From an uncultured Acidobacteriota bacterium (GTDB taxonomy: Bacteria > Acidobacteriota > UBA6911 > RPQK01 > JAPXNP01), in NCBI GenBank assembly GCA_963777605.1, contig CAVZRV010000031.1:256001-320000 (forward strand): DNA of 64,000 bases, given 5' to 3'. This document shows, piece by piece, positions 1-15,934 of the stretch (position 1 is its first letter; every line of letters begins with the position of its first letter). The translations under genes and the position numbers were made by a program. The notes under the pieces were generated by a model. It searched no databases. It was not told where the DNA came from and worked only from the letters and a program-made list of their open reading frames with translations.

Positions 1-172
1 GTATTCCGAGGACCTGGTCAAGGCCCAGATTTGTCGAATCGGCATCCAGAACACAGACCTCGTAGCCAAGTCTCCGGAGAGCCTTTGCCAAAAGAACGGT
101 CACCGTGCTCTTTCCGGCTCCCCCTTTCCCCAGAACACCGACTCTGCAGCCAATCAAAGGGTGTCGAACCAT
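1..172 (-). CDS. CooC/MinD-type P-loop ATPase, N-terminal part (runs off window)
   Basis: Manual translation, absent from the ORF track: MVRHPLIGCRVGVLGKGGAGKSTVTVLLAKALRRLGYEVCVLDADSTNLGLDQVLG. Deviant Walker A GKGGxGKS plus DAD motif typical of CooC-like nickel-insertion ATPases. Confidence 0.75.
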   Translation of the reverse strand, partial: MVRHPLIGCRVGVLGKGGAGKSTVTVLLAKALRRLGYEVCVLDADSTNLGLDQVLGI

Positions 173-194
173 CAATTTCCTCCTGTCACGCTGT

Positions 195-1165
195 TTAGGA
201 CGCCCAGCAATTCCAGACGGCCTGAAGACTCGCACAGTCGGAGCTGCGGGCCCACTCAGGGTATTCCTGTCTCATTCGGCTCAGAGACTTGTAGAGCCTC
301 TCGGGACGTCCCCAGTCACTCCAGAAGACACCTTCGAGAGGCATCACCAGACTGCGAGTGGCGATCTGGGCCAGAAAATCCCGTGAAAAGTCTGCCTCCG
401 GCAGCTTCTCGAACACTCCATTCCATCGATCTTCGGAAGATCGGCCCCAGGAACTGCGGAGATTTGCAGAATCGACACGTTCCAGAGTCTCGACCACTTC
501 CGGCAAGACCTTTCGACCCAACTCCCAGAGTGTCTGAGCACGACCGATCGTAATCATCGTGTTCCACAGATATCCCGCTCTTTAGCCAACGGTTCGCCTG
601 ACCCAGCGACGGTTTCTCGTGGAAACTCGAGACTTTGTAGTACCGGGCCGACTGTTCTTGGGATGCCGAACCCCCAATGGGCGCGATCCAACCGTAATCG
701 GTCTCCGGCGCATCCGGTAACACTCCCACGAGGACGGCATTGCGGGGATGGCCCTTAGCTAGCTTGCATGCGGCGTCCAACTCGATCGCAAGCCGGGTCC
801 GCGGATAGAAGTAATGGTCCGATGGCAGGACGAGAACTATGGCTTCAGGGTTTTCGTCGAGTACGTGGGCTAGGGGCGCAAAAGACCGCAACCGCAGTGC
901 CACGCATCTTGGGCTGCTCTAGAATCCGGCCGGGAATGCCGCCCGCCACGAAACCACGATGGCCGGTCCCGATCACCGTGATCAATGCTTGTGGCTCAAC
1001 CAGGTCAAGGGCTCGATCGATGGTCTGCTCCAACATCGATTTAGCTCCGCAGAACCGACAATATTGCTTCGGACGTCCTTGTTCAAAACAACGGGCAACC
1101 AGGGGACACATCCGTGTGCCTTCCCCTCCGGCGAGAATGATCGACCAAAGCGACTGAGACGTCAT
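195..1165 (-). CDS. Sugar-phosphate nucleotidyltransferase (mannose-1-phosphate guanylyltransferase-like), frameshifted
   Basis: Three consecutive frames give IILAGGEGTR...PKQY, LPSDH...PETDYGWI and WSDWGRPE motifs of the ManC-like NTP transferase family. Confidence 0.8.
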
Positions 1166-1706
1166 AACGATTCTTCTCCTTGATTGCGAGGAGCGGAGAG
1201 CGGCGATCGAAGGAGTGTACGAGTTCATACAGCCACCCCAGCTCCACGGGCGAATGCTAGTGTCCTGTCGGGGGCCACAACCTCGGAGAATGTCAGAAGT
1301 GAACAGCCTGCCGTCACCGTGTGGTCCCTTGGGGCTTGTGAAAGCAGGTTTGATTACAACCCCAGGACGCGATCTTGAGATACCCGTCTTGACCGAGGCA
1401 ACAGGCCAAATCACACCATCATTGGGGCTTGCTCAGAGACGAAACCGACGCTTTTTGCAACGATCACTGCTGGAGAAACTGCAGTCTGCATGGCCTCCCT
1501 GGATCCCGCTTCCAAACTGGACAAATCAGTATGTCTTGACCAGGTTTCACGAGAGGTCTCTCCTGGTTTGCGGTCTGCCGGGCCAGGTCCCGGTTCGCCT
1601 TCCCGGATCGGCGTATATACTAATGTTTGTGAGCGGATCCGGGTGGTTCAACCGAAGGAATCTGCCGATTGTGGAACCAAGACGATGACTTTAGTCAAAC
1701 TGGGCA

Positions 1707-3036
<1,330 letters not shown>

Positions 3037-3134
3037 CTTCTGGCTCGACGACGATCACCGCTACATGAAATCCTAAACACTCTTGCGTGCCATGAACTAA
3101 GCCTCTGCCCAGGTGAGGACTCGACCCGCCGTCC

Positions 3135-3485
3135 TCACCTCGGATTTGAGCAGGAATAGAGGTGGATCACTCGACACAGAAGCGAGGCTCGAATCTCCAG
3201 GTTCTCGCCGCACCTTACGGGGTGAACGAAGCGTACGTAGAGGTCCCCGGTCACCGCCTGAATTCTCCTGTGGAACAGGCAGTGGGTCATCCCTGCATCG
3301 AGCAGGGCCGCGATCACGCCACCGTGCAGCATGCCGTCGTATCCCTGGTAATAGGGTTGCGCCCTGAAGCCGGCCCGGACCCCTCCGTTTCCGTCGGATT
3401 CAAAGTGAAGGCCACGAAGCGACCTCGGGTTGCGGTCTCCGCAAAGCAAGCATCCCGAGTGAGTTGAGCTGGAATGTGTCGCCAT
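3135..3485 (-). CDS. PaaI family thioesterase (hotdog fold)
   Basis: CLLCGDRNP...QGYDGMLHGGVIAALLDAGM...AVTGDLYVRFVHPV signature. C-terminus probably frameshifted. Confidence 0.8.
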   Translation of the reverse strand: MATHSSSTHSGCLLCGDRNPRSLRGLHFESDGNGGVRAGFRAQPYYQGYDGMLHGGVIAALLDAGMTHCLFHRRIQAVTGDLYVRFVHPVRCGENLEIRASLLCRVIHLYSCSNPR

Positions 3486-3739
3486 TCAGTTCTACTGCAG
3501 TCCACAAGTCGCCCCGCAGACCCGTTCGACATCCCCGGCACAAGGAGTCGGCGTATCGACCATCGCCTGCTCCCTGGTCTTGGGCCTGGGTCACTTCCGG
3601 GTCATAACGGATACGTCCTGAAATCGTGGCTCCAAGTTGGCGAGTTTCTTCCTCTATCCGGTCTGCGAGTTCGGGGTTGATATCCCACTTGTTGACGTAA
3701 AACCGAGGTCGGGATTTCGAAGTGCCGGGTCAGGGAAAG

Positions 3740-4376
3740 CAACCTCTCGAATATCGTGCCGTCCCGACACCGTTGGCTCCGTGACCGCGAGAACCTGGGT
3801 GGCCCCGGTCAACGAAGCGATCACCGGACAGCCTATGCCCGGAGGACCGTCCGAGGATGACCAAGGGACGCCCCTAAAACCTGGCAATCCGGTGAGCCTC
3901 TCGACGAATCTCCGTGACCAATTTTCCCGAGTTATCTGCTGCCACTCCAAGTTGGGCGTGAACCATGGGTCCGCAGCGGGTATCCGAGATCATCCACTCG
4001 CCACAGTCCCGCTCCGGAAAGTCAATCGCCCCGGCAATACAGGAACGAACACAGACTCCACAGCCTTCACAGGCGGTCGCGTCGATCGAATATCGGACAG
4101 CGACAGGCGGTTTGCCGGTCACCTTCACGGCATCAAAACGGCAATTTGTGGCGCAGGCCCCACACGACCGAGACAGTCCTCCTGCCGAATCCACGCCTCG
4201 TGCCCGCTGATGAACCGATGCCGCTCTTTCACCTGGGGAGACAGGATCAACTGCAGGTCCGAGGCGTCCACGTCACAATCCGCGAGGACGGGCCGGCTGG
4301 CCAGCACTGCAAACGACGCGGTAAGGCTGGTCTTTCCGGTTCCTCCTTTTCCACTGATAACAACGAGTTCTTTCAT
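3740..4376 (-). CDS. MinD-superfamily P-loop ATPase with inserted 4Fe-4S ferredoxin domain (COG1149), frameshifted and 3'-truncated
   Basis: MKELVVISGKGGTGKTS, DCDVDA, CEGCGVCVRSC, NSGKLV, DGPPGIGCPVIAS, VTEPTVSG across three frames. Homology stops abruptly near 3745. Confidence 0.8.
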
Positions 4377-4380
4377 GAAT

Positions 4381-4745
4381 TCAACCTGCTCCCTTCATGC
4401 GCCCGACACTCGAACGATCAAGGTGGCAGGATCCCGATCCTTTCAACGAGTCTGTCACCCAATCCTGCGTATTTGCCCCATCCCCGTGTAACGTCGATCT
4501 TCCCGGCCGGGTGAACTTTCGGAGGAGAAACCTGTGTCCTCCGTAATCCACTTCCACGAGATCGCCACGCGCGACCAGGCGGTCCACCAGCGACCGGTCA
4601 ACTCCCGCTTCAGCCAGGAAGATCTCGACAGCGTCAAGCCTCATCGGGTGGACAGCCGTGATACTCAACAGGTCGCTTTCCGCGTTTCCTGTGTCCGCGG
4701 CAAAGCCGTTTCCTTCGTAGCCGGTCAGGTACTCGAACTGCTCTC
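4381..4745 (-). pseudogene. C-terminal fragment of a COG0731-type radical SAM protein
   Basis: FEYLTGYEGNGFAADTGNAESDLLSITAVHPMR resembles the C-terminus of the radical SAM protein usually found in this gene cluster. No CxxxCxxC N-terminal half is present. Confidence 0.55.
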
Positions 4746-4868
4746 ATCCGCCCCGCACAACCAAACTCAAGACAGTCAAGAACTCACCGAAAACAGGAAC
4801 TCGCGATTCCGGCGTCTCAATCTGCAATATCTGCCTCTAGCCCGTACAGGTCTTCCATCCCACACAAT

Positions 4869-5722
4869 TTAAAGACTCAGGAACTCCACTTCCAGGAGAA
4901 CCTCTTCGGCCAGGCGTTCAAAGAGCGCGCGGTACTCCGGAAGGTGCTCGACGATTAAGGCTCCTTTCGACGAGAGTTCCGCGACCCTCCGGTCATCCGG
5001 AATCTTGGCCAGCACCCGGATTCCCTGTCCAGCCTCAAAAGTCGTGCACCCGGTCATCACCGATTCCGGCCCGGTTGATCACCACACCGAACTTGAGTCC
5101 CAGCTCCCGCGCCATTTCGACAGCCCACTTCAGCTGATGGAGGCCTACGGAGTCGACTCTGTGACCAGGAGAAGGTAATCCGCATCCCTTACCGTCGCTA
5201 TGACCGGGCAGGTTGTCCCGGGCGGGGCGTCCAGGATGGCGGGTGAATCATCGGTTCGCTTAGCCCGGACCGCCCGGATCAGCGGCGGCGCCGTGGCCAC
5301 GCCGACGTCAAGACGGCCCTGAATCAGGGTGACGTTGCCAGAGCGCAGTGTCGAGACGACGCCGATGCGCCTGTCGGCCTCCCAGATCGCCTCCCAGGGA
5401 CAGACCATCGCACATCCGCCGCACCCGTGACAAAGTTCGGGAAAGACCAGGGGCCGGTTTCCCAGGCAAACGATGGCATGAAACTGGCAGAACCGGGAAC
5501 ACTCGCCACACAGCTGTCGCAGAGTGAGGTGTTAACCTGCAGGATAGGTATGGAGACTTCTTCTTCCCTGTCCAGGGAGGCAAGAGAGGAACAGGTGGTC
5601 GTTCGGTTCCTCGACGTCGCAATCCAGCAACTGGACCGGCGTCCCACACACCTTGGCTATATTCTATCGCTGACAGCTGTCTTTCCGGTGCCACCCTTCC
5701 CCGACGCAACCGCGAGGATCAT
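4869..5722 (-). CDS. MinD-superfamily P-loop ATPase with ferredoxin insert (second paralog), frameshifted
   Basis: MILAVASGKGGTGKT, DCDVEEPN, LCHGCGGC..VCP, LDAPPGTTCPVI, LLVTE motifs across frames. Confidence 0.8.
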
Positions 5723-6226
5723 GAGTCTCCTCCGCCACCGTAGTTTCGACGTCCCCGTACCCGGGCAGTACCCTCGTCAACGTCGTCCCGCCAGCCGTTT
5801 TGCAACGTTTTGACATGGTCGAATTTCTCTGTGTAAGGCTTGAGGTCGAGTACCGGAGTACCGTCCAGTATGTCCACTCCCTGCAGGTGGAGGACATTTC
5901 CCTCCACCCGCACCAACTGAACGATGCTCAATCCGATCGGGTTGGGTCGCAAAGGGTACTGGGTCGAAAATACTCCCCGGTCCACATCCTGGAGGAAAAG
6001 TTAACTCTGACCGTGAGCCTGGAAGGTGCTGCCCTGTGCAGGTGATAAATCAAATAGACATAGGAGAACCCGTCGAGGTCCCGAAGACCTTCAACGTACT
6101 CGGGAATACTCTTCCAATCGTACCTTGAATAGTCCGAAGCGTACGCCGGCTGAATCGGCGTCTTTTCAGCGATTCGATGTCTGCTGTGGACAATCCCGAT
6201 CGGTGTGTAGGTGACCTTCCCCAAAC

Positions 6227-6230
<4 letters not shown>
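5719..6230 (-). CDS. tsaA: TsaA/TrmO-like SAM-binding tRNA methyltransferase, frameshifted
   Basis: TPIGIVHS...PIQP, GLRDLDGFSYVYLIYHLH, RGVFST..PLRPNPIGLS, GVDILDGTPVLDLKPY. Confidence 0.85.
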
Positions 6231-7680
<1,450 letters not shown>

Positions 7681-7693
7681 GCTTCCCTGATTG

Positions 7694-7710
7694 AGCAAGA
7701 AGAGTGCCAG
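7694..7710 (-). promoter_or_regulatory. Sigma-54 (-24/-12) promoter
   Basis: Minus strand CTGGCACTCTTCTTGCT matches TGGCAC-N5-TTGCW exactly. It lies just upstream of the NifX operon and downstream of a sigma-54 activator gene. Confidence 0.8.
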
Positions 7711-7842
7711 TCGACAACCGTTCTCAGAAAAAAGCTGGAAGTTCAGAAAACAGGGAAGTTAGGCAACGCAGACCAGGATCTCCGCCATTCCAGACAGTAG
7801 CGAATCCGCTACGCTTGCGGGCAATTGAAGGCTGCAAACAAG

Positions 7843-9235
<1,393 letters not shown>

Positions 9236-9492
9236 CCCGATATCCGGCAGGTTACCCAGTCGCTTAAACGGCCGTCCGGGTTCGTTCCACAGGGGCGCTC
9301 CCCAATGCATCCGATAGGGATAGGGGAGCCAGCTTTACCCTCGACGAGAATACTCTATCATCCCATCACCTCCGGAAGGCTGTCGAAATGCGGCCGGCAC
9401 TTCCGGGACACCGCAAACGGTCTGTCCCAGTCGAACGGGCAGGAGTGGCAATCGCAACCAAAATGACTCAGAAGTAACTCTTTTCTAAAATC

Positions 9493-9591
9493 TACATTGA
9501 TCAATGTATAAATAAGCTGTAGACTTACGGCGTGCAAGCCATTCTTTTTGATTGGTTTGTCAATCAATCCTTCCCAGTTGATCCCTATCCA
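9493..9591. promoter_or_regulatory. AT-rich divergent promoter region with palindromic operator-like sites
   Basis: Perfect 16-bp palindrome TACATTGATCAATGTA (9493-9508), inverted repeat TTGATTG-N6-CAATCAA (9548-9567), and FNR-like TTGAT-CCCT-ATCCA (9578-9591). Confidence 0.5.
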
Positions 9592-9638
9592 CATGAATCG
9601 ATCGGGGTTCCCCGACGCAGCTTTCACAGGAGGTCACG

Positions 9639-11544
9639 ATGAGAATTCGAGTCACCTTTCTGACCCTGCTGCTTGCGTTTGTCGGTGCAGACCTGATGTT
9701 TGCCCAGGCGCAATTTGACACCAGCCTGCACAAGAGCAGGGCAGGGAAAGTTCACCGCCTACGCCAAAGAAAACGGTGGTATGGAGTTGATCACGGACAT
9801 TCCAATGCAGGATTTGTCTTGCTGGAAATGCCACTCGGGCACGGGAAAGGATGCCGCCGGTAATGATATCGATCCGGCCGCCTACTCTCCAACCTGTTCC
9901 GACTGCCACGCCTCCGACCTTTCAGTCGAGGAGCAGAGCTGCCTGAACTGCCACAGCCGTCAGGTGTACGAGCGAGTCCGCTACGGCAATGCCGAAACCG
10001 ATCCCAAGGTGGATGTCCACATGAACGCCGGCATGACCTGCTGGTCGTGTCACACCAGTGCTGAACTGCACGGCGATGACGGCGTTGAGTACGTCTCACT
10101 GAAAGAAGACGGCGCCATTAAGGCTTCGTGCGAGGGTTGCCACACGACGCTGGCCAAAAACGAGTCTCACGTCATCCACGCCGACACCGTTGACTGCGCC
10201 GCTTGTCACGCCGTTGGAAGCGTCGCCTGTGCCAGTTGCCACTTCGAAACGCTGATCGCCACCGGAAAGAACCGTGCAATCAACCAGATCTGGAACTTCA
10301 AGATGCTGGTCAAGAAAGACGGCAAGGTTAGCCTGGGTAACTTCATGACCCACACCTACGACGGCAAGACCAACGTCATCATCTCCTCATTTCATTCGCA
10401 CACCATCAAGAAGAACGGTTCCGAATGCAAGGACTGTCACGCCAACTTCGGCGGGTCCAACTCCGCAATCCAGGAATACAACACGACAGGGTCCATCACG
10501 ATGACCCGGTGGAACCCGGATACCAAGAAGATTGCGGGGCCGACGGGCGTGGTTCCGATTCCGGCGGACTGGCAAACCGCCTTGAAGTATGATTTTGCCC
10601 AGTTCGATGGAGACGTCAACAACCTTCAGGAAAACAGCGACTGGTCGTATCTCAAATCCGAGGTTGACAACCAGCACCTCTTTTACGCCGAACCACTCGA
10701 CAAAGAGACCATGAGCAAGCTCGGATTCCAGGTGGCACACCTGGAACCTGAGTTCTCAGACGTCTTCTATTTTCCGCTGGTCGGCGACGGGCTGTCGGAC
10801 GGGATCCAGTTGAAGAGCAGTCTTTTGCTCGCCAGTGTCGGGGAAGACCGGGATGCCGTGGTTGAGTTCTACGATCGGGCCGGGAATCCTCTGGCGGTCA
10901 CATTGGGTGAGAGCGGCCCCGCGTCTGCATTTGACCTGACTTTTACGCGGGGACGGGTCTTCTCGGCGCAGACGCCGGGGACCGAAGATGGGCTCCAGGT
11001 CGGCTACGCCCTGGTCAAGGTGAAACGCTCCTCCGATCCCCAGGCCGACAACACCACGTCACCGATCACCGGTACCGTGGTATTCAGTCGTGCCGACAAC
11101 GGAATCACGATGACCGAGGCAGGCGTTCCGGCCGCGCGCCCGATTCAAGACTTCACGGTCCTGCTCGACTCGACGGCAGCCAACGACACCGGGCTTGCTG
11201 TCGTCAATCCTGCGGGTGACACCACGAACCCGGGTACTCCGGCTACGTTGACGTTTAGAGTATCGGATCAGGCCTTCGAAACTCAACTGGGGCAGGTCCA
11301 GATGATCCTGCAACCCGGGCAAGCGATCGGAAAGTTCATCTGGGAGATCTTTCAGGAAGCCGGGGCAGCCCCAGAACTGGTCAACCAGTTGCGCGAAATG
11401 GAAGGAGTGGTCACTGTGGGCAGCGACGTCTCCGTAGCGGCACTGACCTTGCGACAGAATGGCGACGGGGCCGTACCGTATCCCAATGAGGTCCCAATTT
11501 TGACAGCGTTTCCAGTGATGGCAGGTCGCGCCGACGCAAATTAG
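9639..11544 (+). CDS. Exported octaheme c-type cytochrome with C-terminal non-heme two-repeat module (one frameshift near 9745)
   Basis: RBS AGGAGG and signal peptide. Eight CxxCH motifs: CWKCH, CSDCH, CLNCH, CWSCH, CEGCH, CAACH, CASCH, CKDCH. About 260 aa beta-rich tail. Confidence 0.9.
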
Positions 11545-11559
11545 CACCAGCCACGAAGG

Positions 11560-11587
11560 GGGGCACAACCGGATTCGTCGGTGCCCC
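11560..11587. terminator. Hairpin between convergent genes, possible terminator
   Basis: GGGGCAC...GTGCCCC stem just after the cytochrome stop. No strong U tract. Confidence 0.4.
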
Positions 11588-11674
11588 TCACTCAAATTAA
11601 TGTGTCAGGTCAGGCAACAGCTTCAATCAAACAATCGTCGTCACTCGGCATGGGGAAACTCAAGTCCCCTTTAG

Positions 11675-13966
11675 TTAGAATTCCACGGCCAAACTGACAT
11701 AGAGAGTTCTGGGAAACCTCGGACCCCAAACGTACCCGGAGTCACGGTCCGGTCCCCGATCAAGATCGTCCTGGTAAAAGTCGGTCAAGTTCTTTCCTCC
11801 AATGGTCACCAGCACTCTGGCATCAGATCGCACCGGCAAGGACCTGGATATACTGGCGTCCAGCGTCCAGTATGATGGACTTCTTTCGAGTCTCTCCTCA
11901 GCAATCCAGCCGGCGTAGTGAGGTACGCTCATCTGTCCCGTAAATCATGTTCCCAGAAAGAGATCGACCAGTCGAGTATTCCGGTAAACCAGGGTCGCCA
12001 GGCCGTAGCGATTGGGGGTGCGAAAGAACTCGCTGCTTCCGAAATCGGGTTCGGCATGGTCGAAAAGCGCCCGCTGCTCCACGTACCCGAGCTGAATCTC
12101 CAGGGATGGATTGAACATGTACCCAAGATTGACTTCAGCGCCGTGGACCCTCGCTTTGCCAAAATTGACCCGAGTGAACTCCATCTCCTCGGTTTCAAGA
12201 AGGTCGTCCTCCACGACGTTGAAAAGGTCCTTCATCGAAGTATGGAACAGGTTGATTCCCACCAGGCCGACCCCGCCTCCCACCCTGGGCTTCCACTCGA
12301 ACCCGGCCATCAGCGTGGTCGAACGTTCCTCCTTGAGATCGACAGCATTTCGGATGACCTGGGCTTCGCCTCCGGCTACCGTAATATGCAGGTCTTCGTC
12401 GAACACACGGGGAGCCAGGAAACCGGTCGCCATCGACGTTCGCACGCGCAAGTCGGGTGCCGCCGTCCACATCAGGGCCACTCTGGGCGAGAAAACCGGT
12501 TCGGCAATCGCGCTGTGTTTGTCGATCCGGCCTCCCCATACAAACTCCAGGCCGGGAAGAAAGAACCAGTCGTCCTGAATGAACGCGCCCATGTTCCGGT
12601 AGGTTTCGTCGTACGTGCGGTCGTAAGCCGGCTGAACATCCTCGACCCCGTCCGAGGAGACCTGGCCTCCCCACGACAGAACATGCGGGCCGAGAAAATG
12701 ATTGAACTGGGAGTCAATGACCCACAGCGGATTCCGACTGGTCCCATAAGCGTTTGGGTCTTGTCCCGAGCCGTAATAGGTATCCCTCTTCATCCGGGCC
12801 ACCGAAAATGCGAGGCGGTAGTCAAACGCAGCGCTCGGAGTGTGGTGCCAGCTCACACCGCCGGCTGAACGCGTGCTCTCTACCGCTTCGGCCAAGCTGG
12901 CCTGATCAGGCGACAGATCGAGGCGGTCTCCCCCGCGACGTTCCTCCTGAAACCGGTTGAAGTCAGCGGTCAACTCACCTTTCTGATCGAGGAAGTCATG
13001 CCTGATACGGGCTCCCAACGCCCCAAAATCCCTCTTGGAAACTTCGGTGAACCCGTCGCCGTCAATGTCCACGGGATGAACCTTGTCGCTCTGCCCAAAG
13101 ATGGTCACAGCGCTGTCTCGATCTGAAGAGGCCCAGTCGGCGGAAGCACTGAAAGTCTGATCGGGAACCCCGTTCATCCAGCCGGTACGGCCGAGCAGGC
13201 GTCCGCCGGTCTGGGACGGAACGTGGGAGACGATGTTCACCACTCCTCCAACTGATCCGGGGCCGTAGATGGACGACCCACCTCCCTTGACCACTTCAAT
13301 TCTTTCCACCATCCGGGAGGGGATCTGCTCGATCCCGTACACCTGCGCCAAAGAAGACATCGTCGGCTGACCATCAAAAAGTATCTGGGTATACGGTCCC
13401 TGCAGCCCGAGCATCCGAATCTGTGAGAAATTGCAGTTCTGACAATTGCTTTCGACCCGTATTCCGGGGCTGAACTCCACCGCGTCAGCGAGGTTCCGGG
13501 AGGCGGAAAGCTCGATCAACTCCGGCAGGACCACTTCGGTCCGAACCGGCACCTCATCGAGACTCTTGACGGTTCGGGTCGCCGCCATGACCGTGACCAT
13601 CTCCTCGATAATTGCCGGAAAGAGGATCAGGTTCAGTTCCGTAACCGGCGGACTGGACACCCGCAATTCCGTCCTCTGTTCCTCGAATCCAGGAGCGTTC
13701 ACCGAGACAGCGTTCGTCAGGGGATCGATTTCGGGAAAACAGAAGCTCCCATCCTCGTTGGTTGTGACGCTTCGGACGCCGGGCTCCAACACAACGATCG
13801 CCCCGGGGACCGCCGCGCCGGACGTGTCACGGACCACGCCGCAGACCACACATCCCGAGTCAACCTCGAACCTCCCGGCTCGCCAACCGGACCAGACCGG
13901 CGCTCCGCGCGAGTCACGCAGTTCGATGACCTCCGAACCAAGACCGAGCCGGGCGGCAATCAGCAC
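11675..13966 (-). CDS. TonB-dependent receptor with N-terminal carboxypeptidase-regulatory-like domain (frameshift near 11940; 5' end scrambled)
   Basis: Plug motifs NCQNCNFSQIRMLGLQGPYTQILFDG and ERIEVVKGGGSSIYG. C-terminal KNLTD.YQDDLD.G..RDSGYVWGP...VEF ends in Phe. Confidence 0.9.
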
Positions 13967-14035
13967 TTCCTCCCCCTCGATCGTGACCAGGGACTCGTCA
14001 CGCGTTGAGTGTGGACAGGATTGAATTCCCGGAAG

Positions 14036-15575
14036 CTATTGAACGGCGGGTTCCGAAAGCTTGACGGGGGGCACCGGGATTCCCCTTCGTCTGTATTCCG
14101 CGAGCCTCTTTTCTAGCTGAGTCGCCTTCAGATCACACTGCTGCAGGTGGGACAGGCTGTTGAGTTGGTCCCCGGTCATGCGATAGCCGATTGCCAGTAG
14201 TTGGTGAAGTCTGGTTTTCTGGTCCGGATTGAGGATCGCATCGCCGTACTCGAGGTACTTCTCCGCGAAGTCGTTCAACTCCACGAAATAGAGCCCCTCC
14301 AGCAACTCCGAACCGTAGCTGTCGATCTGACGGCTTATCGGAGCATAGAGCACCTGCGGTTCTCTCGGGTACTTGCCAGACTCGACGCCGCGCAAGAGGA
14401 ACGCGTCGCGCGCCTTTTCCATGAGGAGGTGTCTGCTGCGCCACTGTCCGGGACTGCGCAGACTGCTCTCCCTCATCTTCTCGGCAAGTTCCACAAGAAG
14501 TTCGCCATATCGGACAAACGGCTTCCACAGGTGTGTCCGCTCCCCGGATGCACGGGAAAGATCCACGAGCAGTGCATGCAGACGTTCCAGGCGACCCCGA
14601 AGATCTGCGGTCGGAGGCAGGCGGAATCCTGGGTCAACCGCGAATGCGGGGAATTCGAGCCTCCACTCCTCCCGTCCACAGGGAACTTCCGAGGTGCTCC
14701 AGTCGGGCGGGTCCAATCTCAGGTAACTCGGGGCACTCGGCTCCAGGCGAAAATCGTCCTCCAACTGAACCAGGAACTGGTACAGCTTCGTGGTCGACGA
14801 CAGATTCGAAAAGTCAAATCGGATCAATACATTGTACAGAAAGGCCAGGCGATTCCGGGCCTCGGGGAACTCCTGGTAGGCCTTGCACAATGCCGGTCCC
14901 AGCACCGTCCCGAACTGCTGGCCAAACAGCGTCGGGAAACGATCCGCGTTTTCCAGCGACAGATCAATGAACTGCTCCAGTTCTGAAAGTCCTGGTGCCG
15001 TTGCCTCCTCGGAGCCGCCTTCCTCGCTCTTCTGGTTGGCAAGTTGCTCGAAAACCAGCCGGTAATCCTCCAGCGCCGATTCGACCATCGAGATGCACTC
15101 CATGACGGGAAGATCCTCGTCAATCATGCAGAAGTGGATTCTCGAGGAGGCGTGTGCGAGGCGGTCCTGGAATTCGAGATCGGGTTCGGCAATCTGCTTT
15201 CTCGTCTCTTCGTAGAAGTCGAGGATGCGCCCCTGGAGGCAGTGGAAATCCGCCCGTTCCTCGGCGGGACCGGGAAAAAGGTGGTAGTCGTTAACGCAGG
15301 CGGCGATCTTTGAGGCGACCACAAGGTTATCCCGCAGGGAGCGCTGGTCCGGAGCCGACTTGGTGATCAGCAGCATCTCACGAAAGTGCTCGATCTGTCC
15401 GAACTGTTCCGGATCGACACAATCGAGCCTGCTCGACGGCCCGCTCGGCTTCGGCCTCCGTGCATTTTCCGCCGGGGGCTGCAGGGCGCTCCTGGGCGAG
15501 AACCATCGAGCCGGAAACGAGCAGCACTACAGCCACCAAAACGATATGGCGCCTCGAGCAAAGTATCTGCCTCAT
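14036..15575 (-). CDS. Hypothetical secreted, largely alpha-helical protein (frameshift near 15400)
   Basis: Signal-peptide-like start (IVLVAVVLLVSGSMVLAQ) in ORF 15378..15617 continues into the 446-aa ORF. TPR-like C-terminus. No recognised family. Confidence 0.65.
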
Positions 15576-15634
15576 CCTTCTTCCAACTTCCTGACTGATC
15601 AATCCAAATCGCTCCAAACTAGCTCCGCCTACCG

Positions 15635-15934
15635 TTCAGAGAGTAAAACGTGCCACGAGTGTCTTAACTGACTAAGCCGCGAAGGCGCTAAGCAATCTCT
15701 TGTTTGCAACTGTAGAAGCCCTTGGCGATCTTCGCGACTTGGCGTTTCAGATTTCTGCGGTAGGCGACGGCTCCTTTCGGGAACGCGAAGATCGCCGTGG
15801 CAAGCTGCTCCGGTGCCGGACTAACCATGCCGGCCGCCTAGGATTGCACCGGAACACCCGGATCGCGCCAGGTTCTTCCGAGTTCCAGCTCAAACTCCTC
15901 CAAATCCTCCAGTGCATCCAAGATCGAAGTTTCA
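15635..15934. repeat. Modular intergenic repeat element, copy G
   Basis: Left end TTCAGAGAGTAAAACG (15635-15650). Right end CTCCTCCAAATCCTCCAGTGCATCCAAGATCGAAGTTTCA (to 15934). Internal CTTGGCG repeats. Confidence 0.6.

Noticed and set aside
3488-3740. Cys-containing fragment ending PTPCAGDVERVCGATCGLQ upstream of the thioesterase
   Set aside because: Probably the scrambled end of another cluster gene, but too damaged to assign.
13850-13990. Magnetosome gene (MamS/MamX-like motif)
   Set aside because: This OB-fold motif is widespread in non-magnetotactic bacteria and no other mam genes are present.
15747-15931. C-terminal 60 aa of the tracked 390-aa ORF
   Set aside because: It runs through repeat copy G. 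An alternative frame gives a plausible end at 15932.
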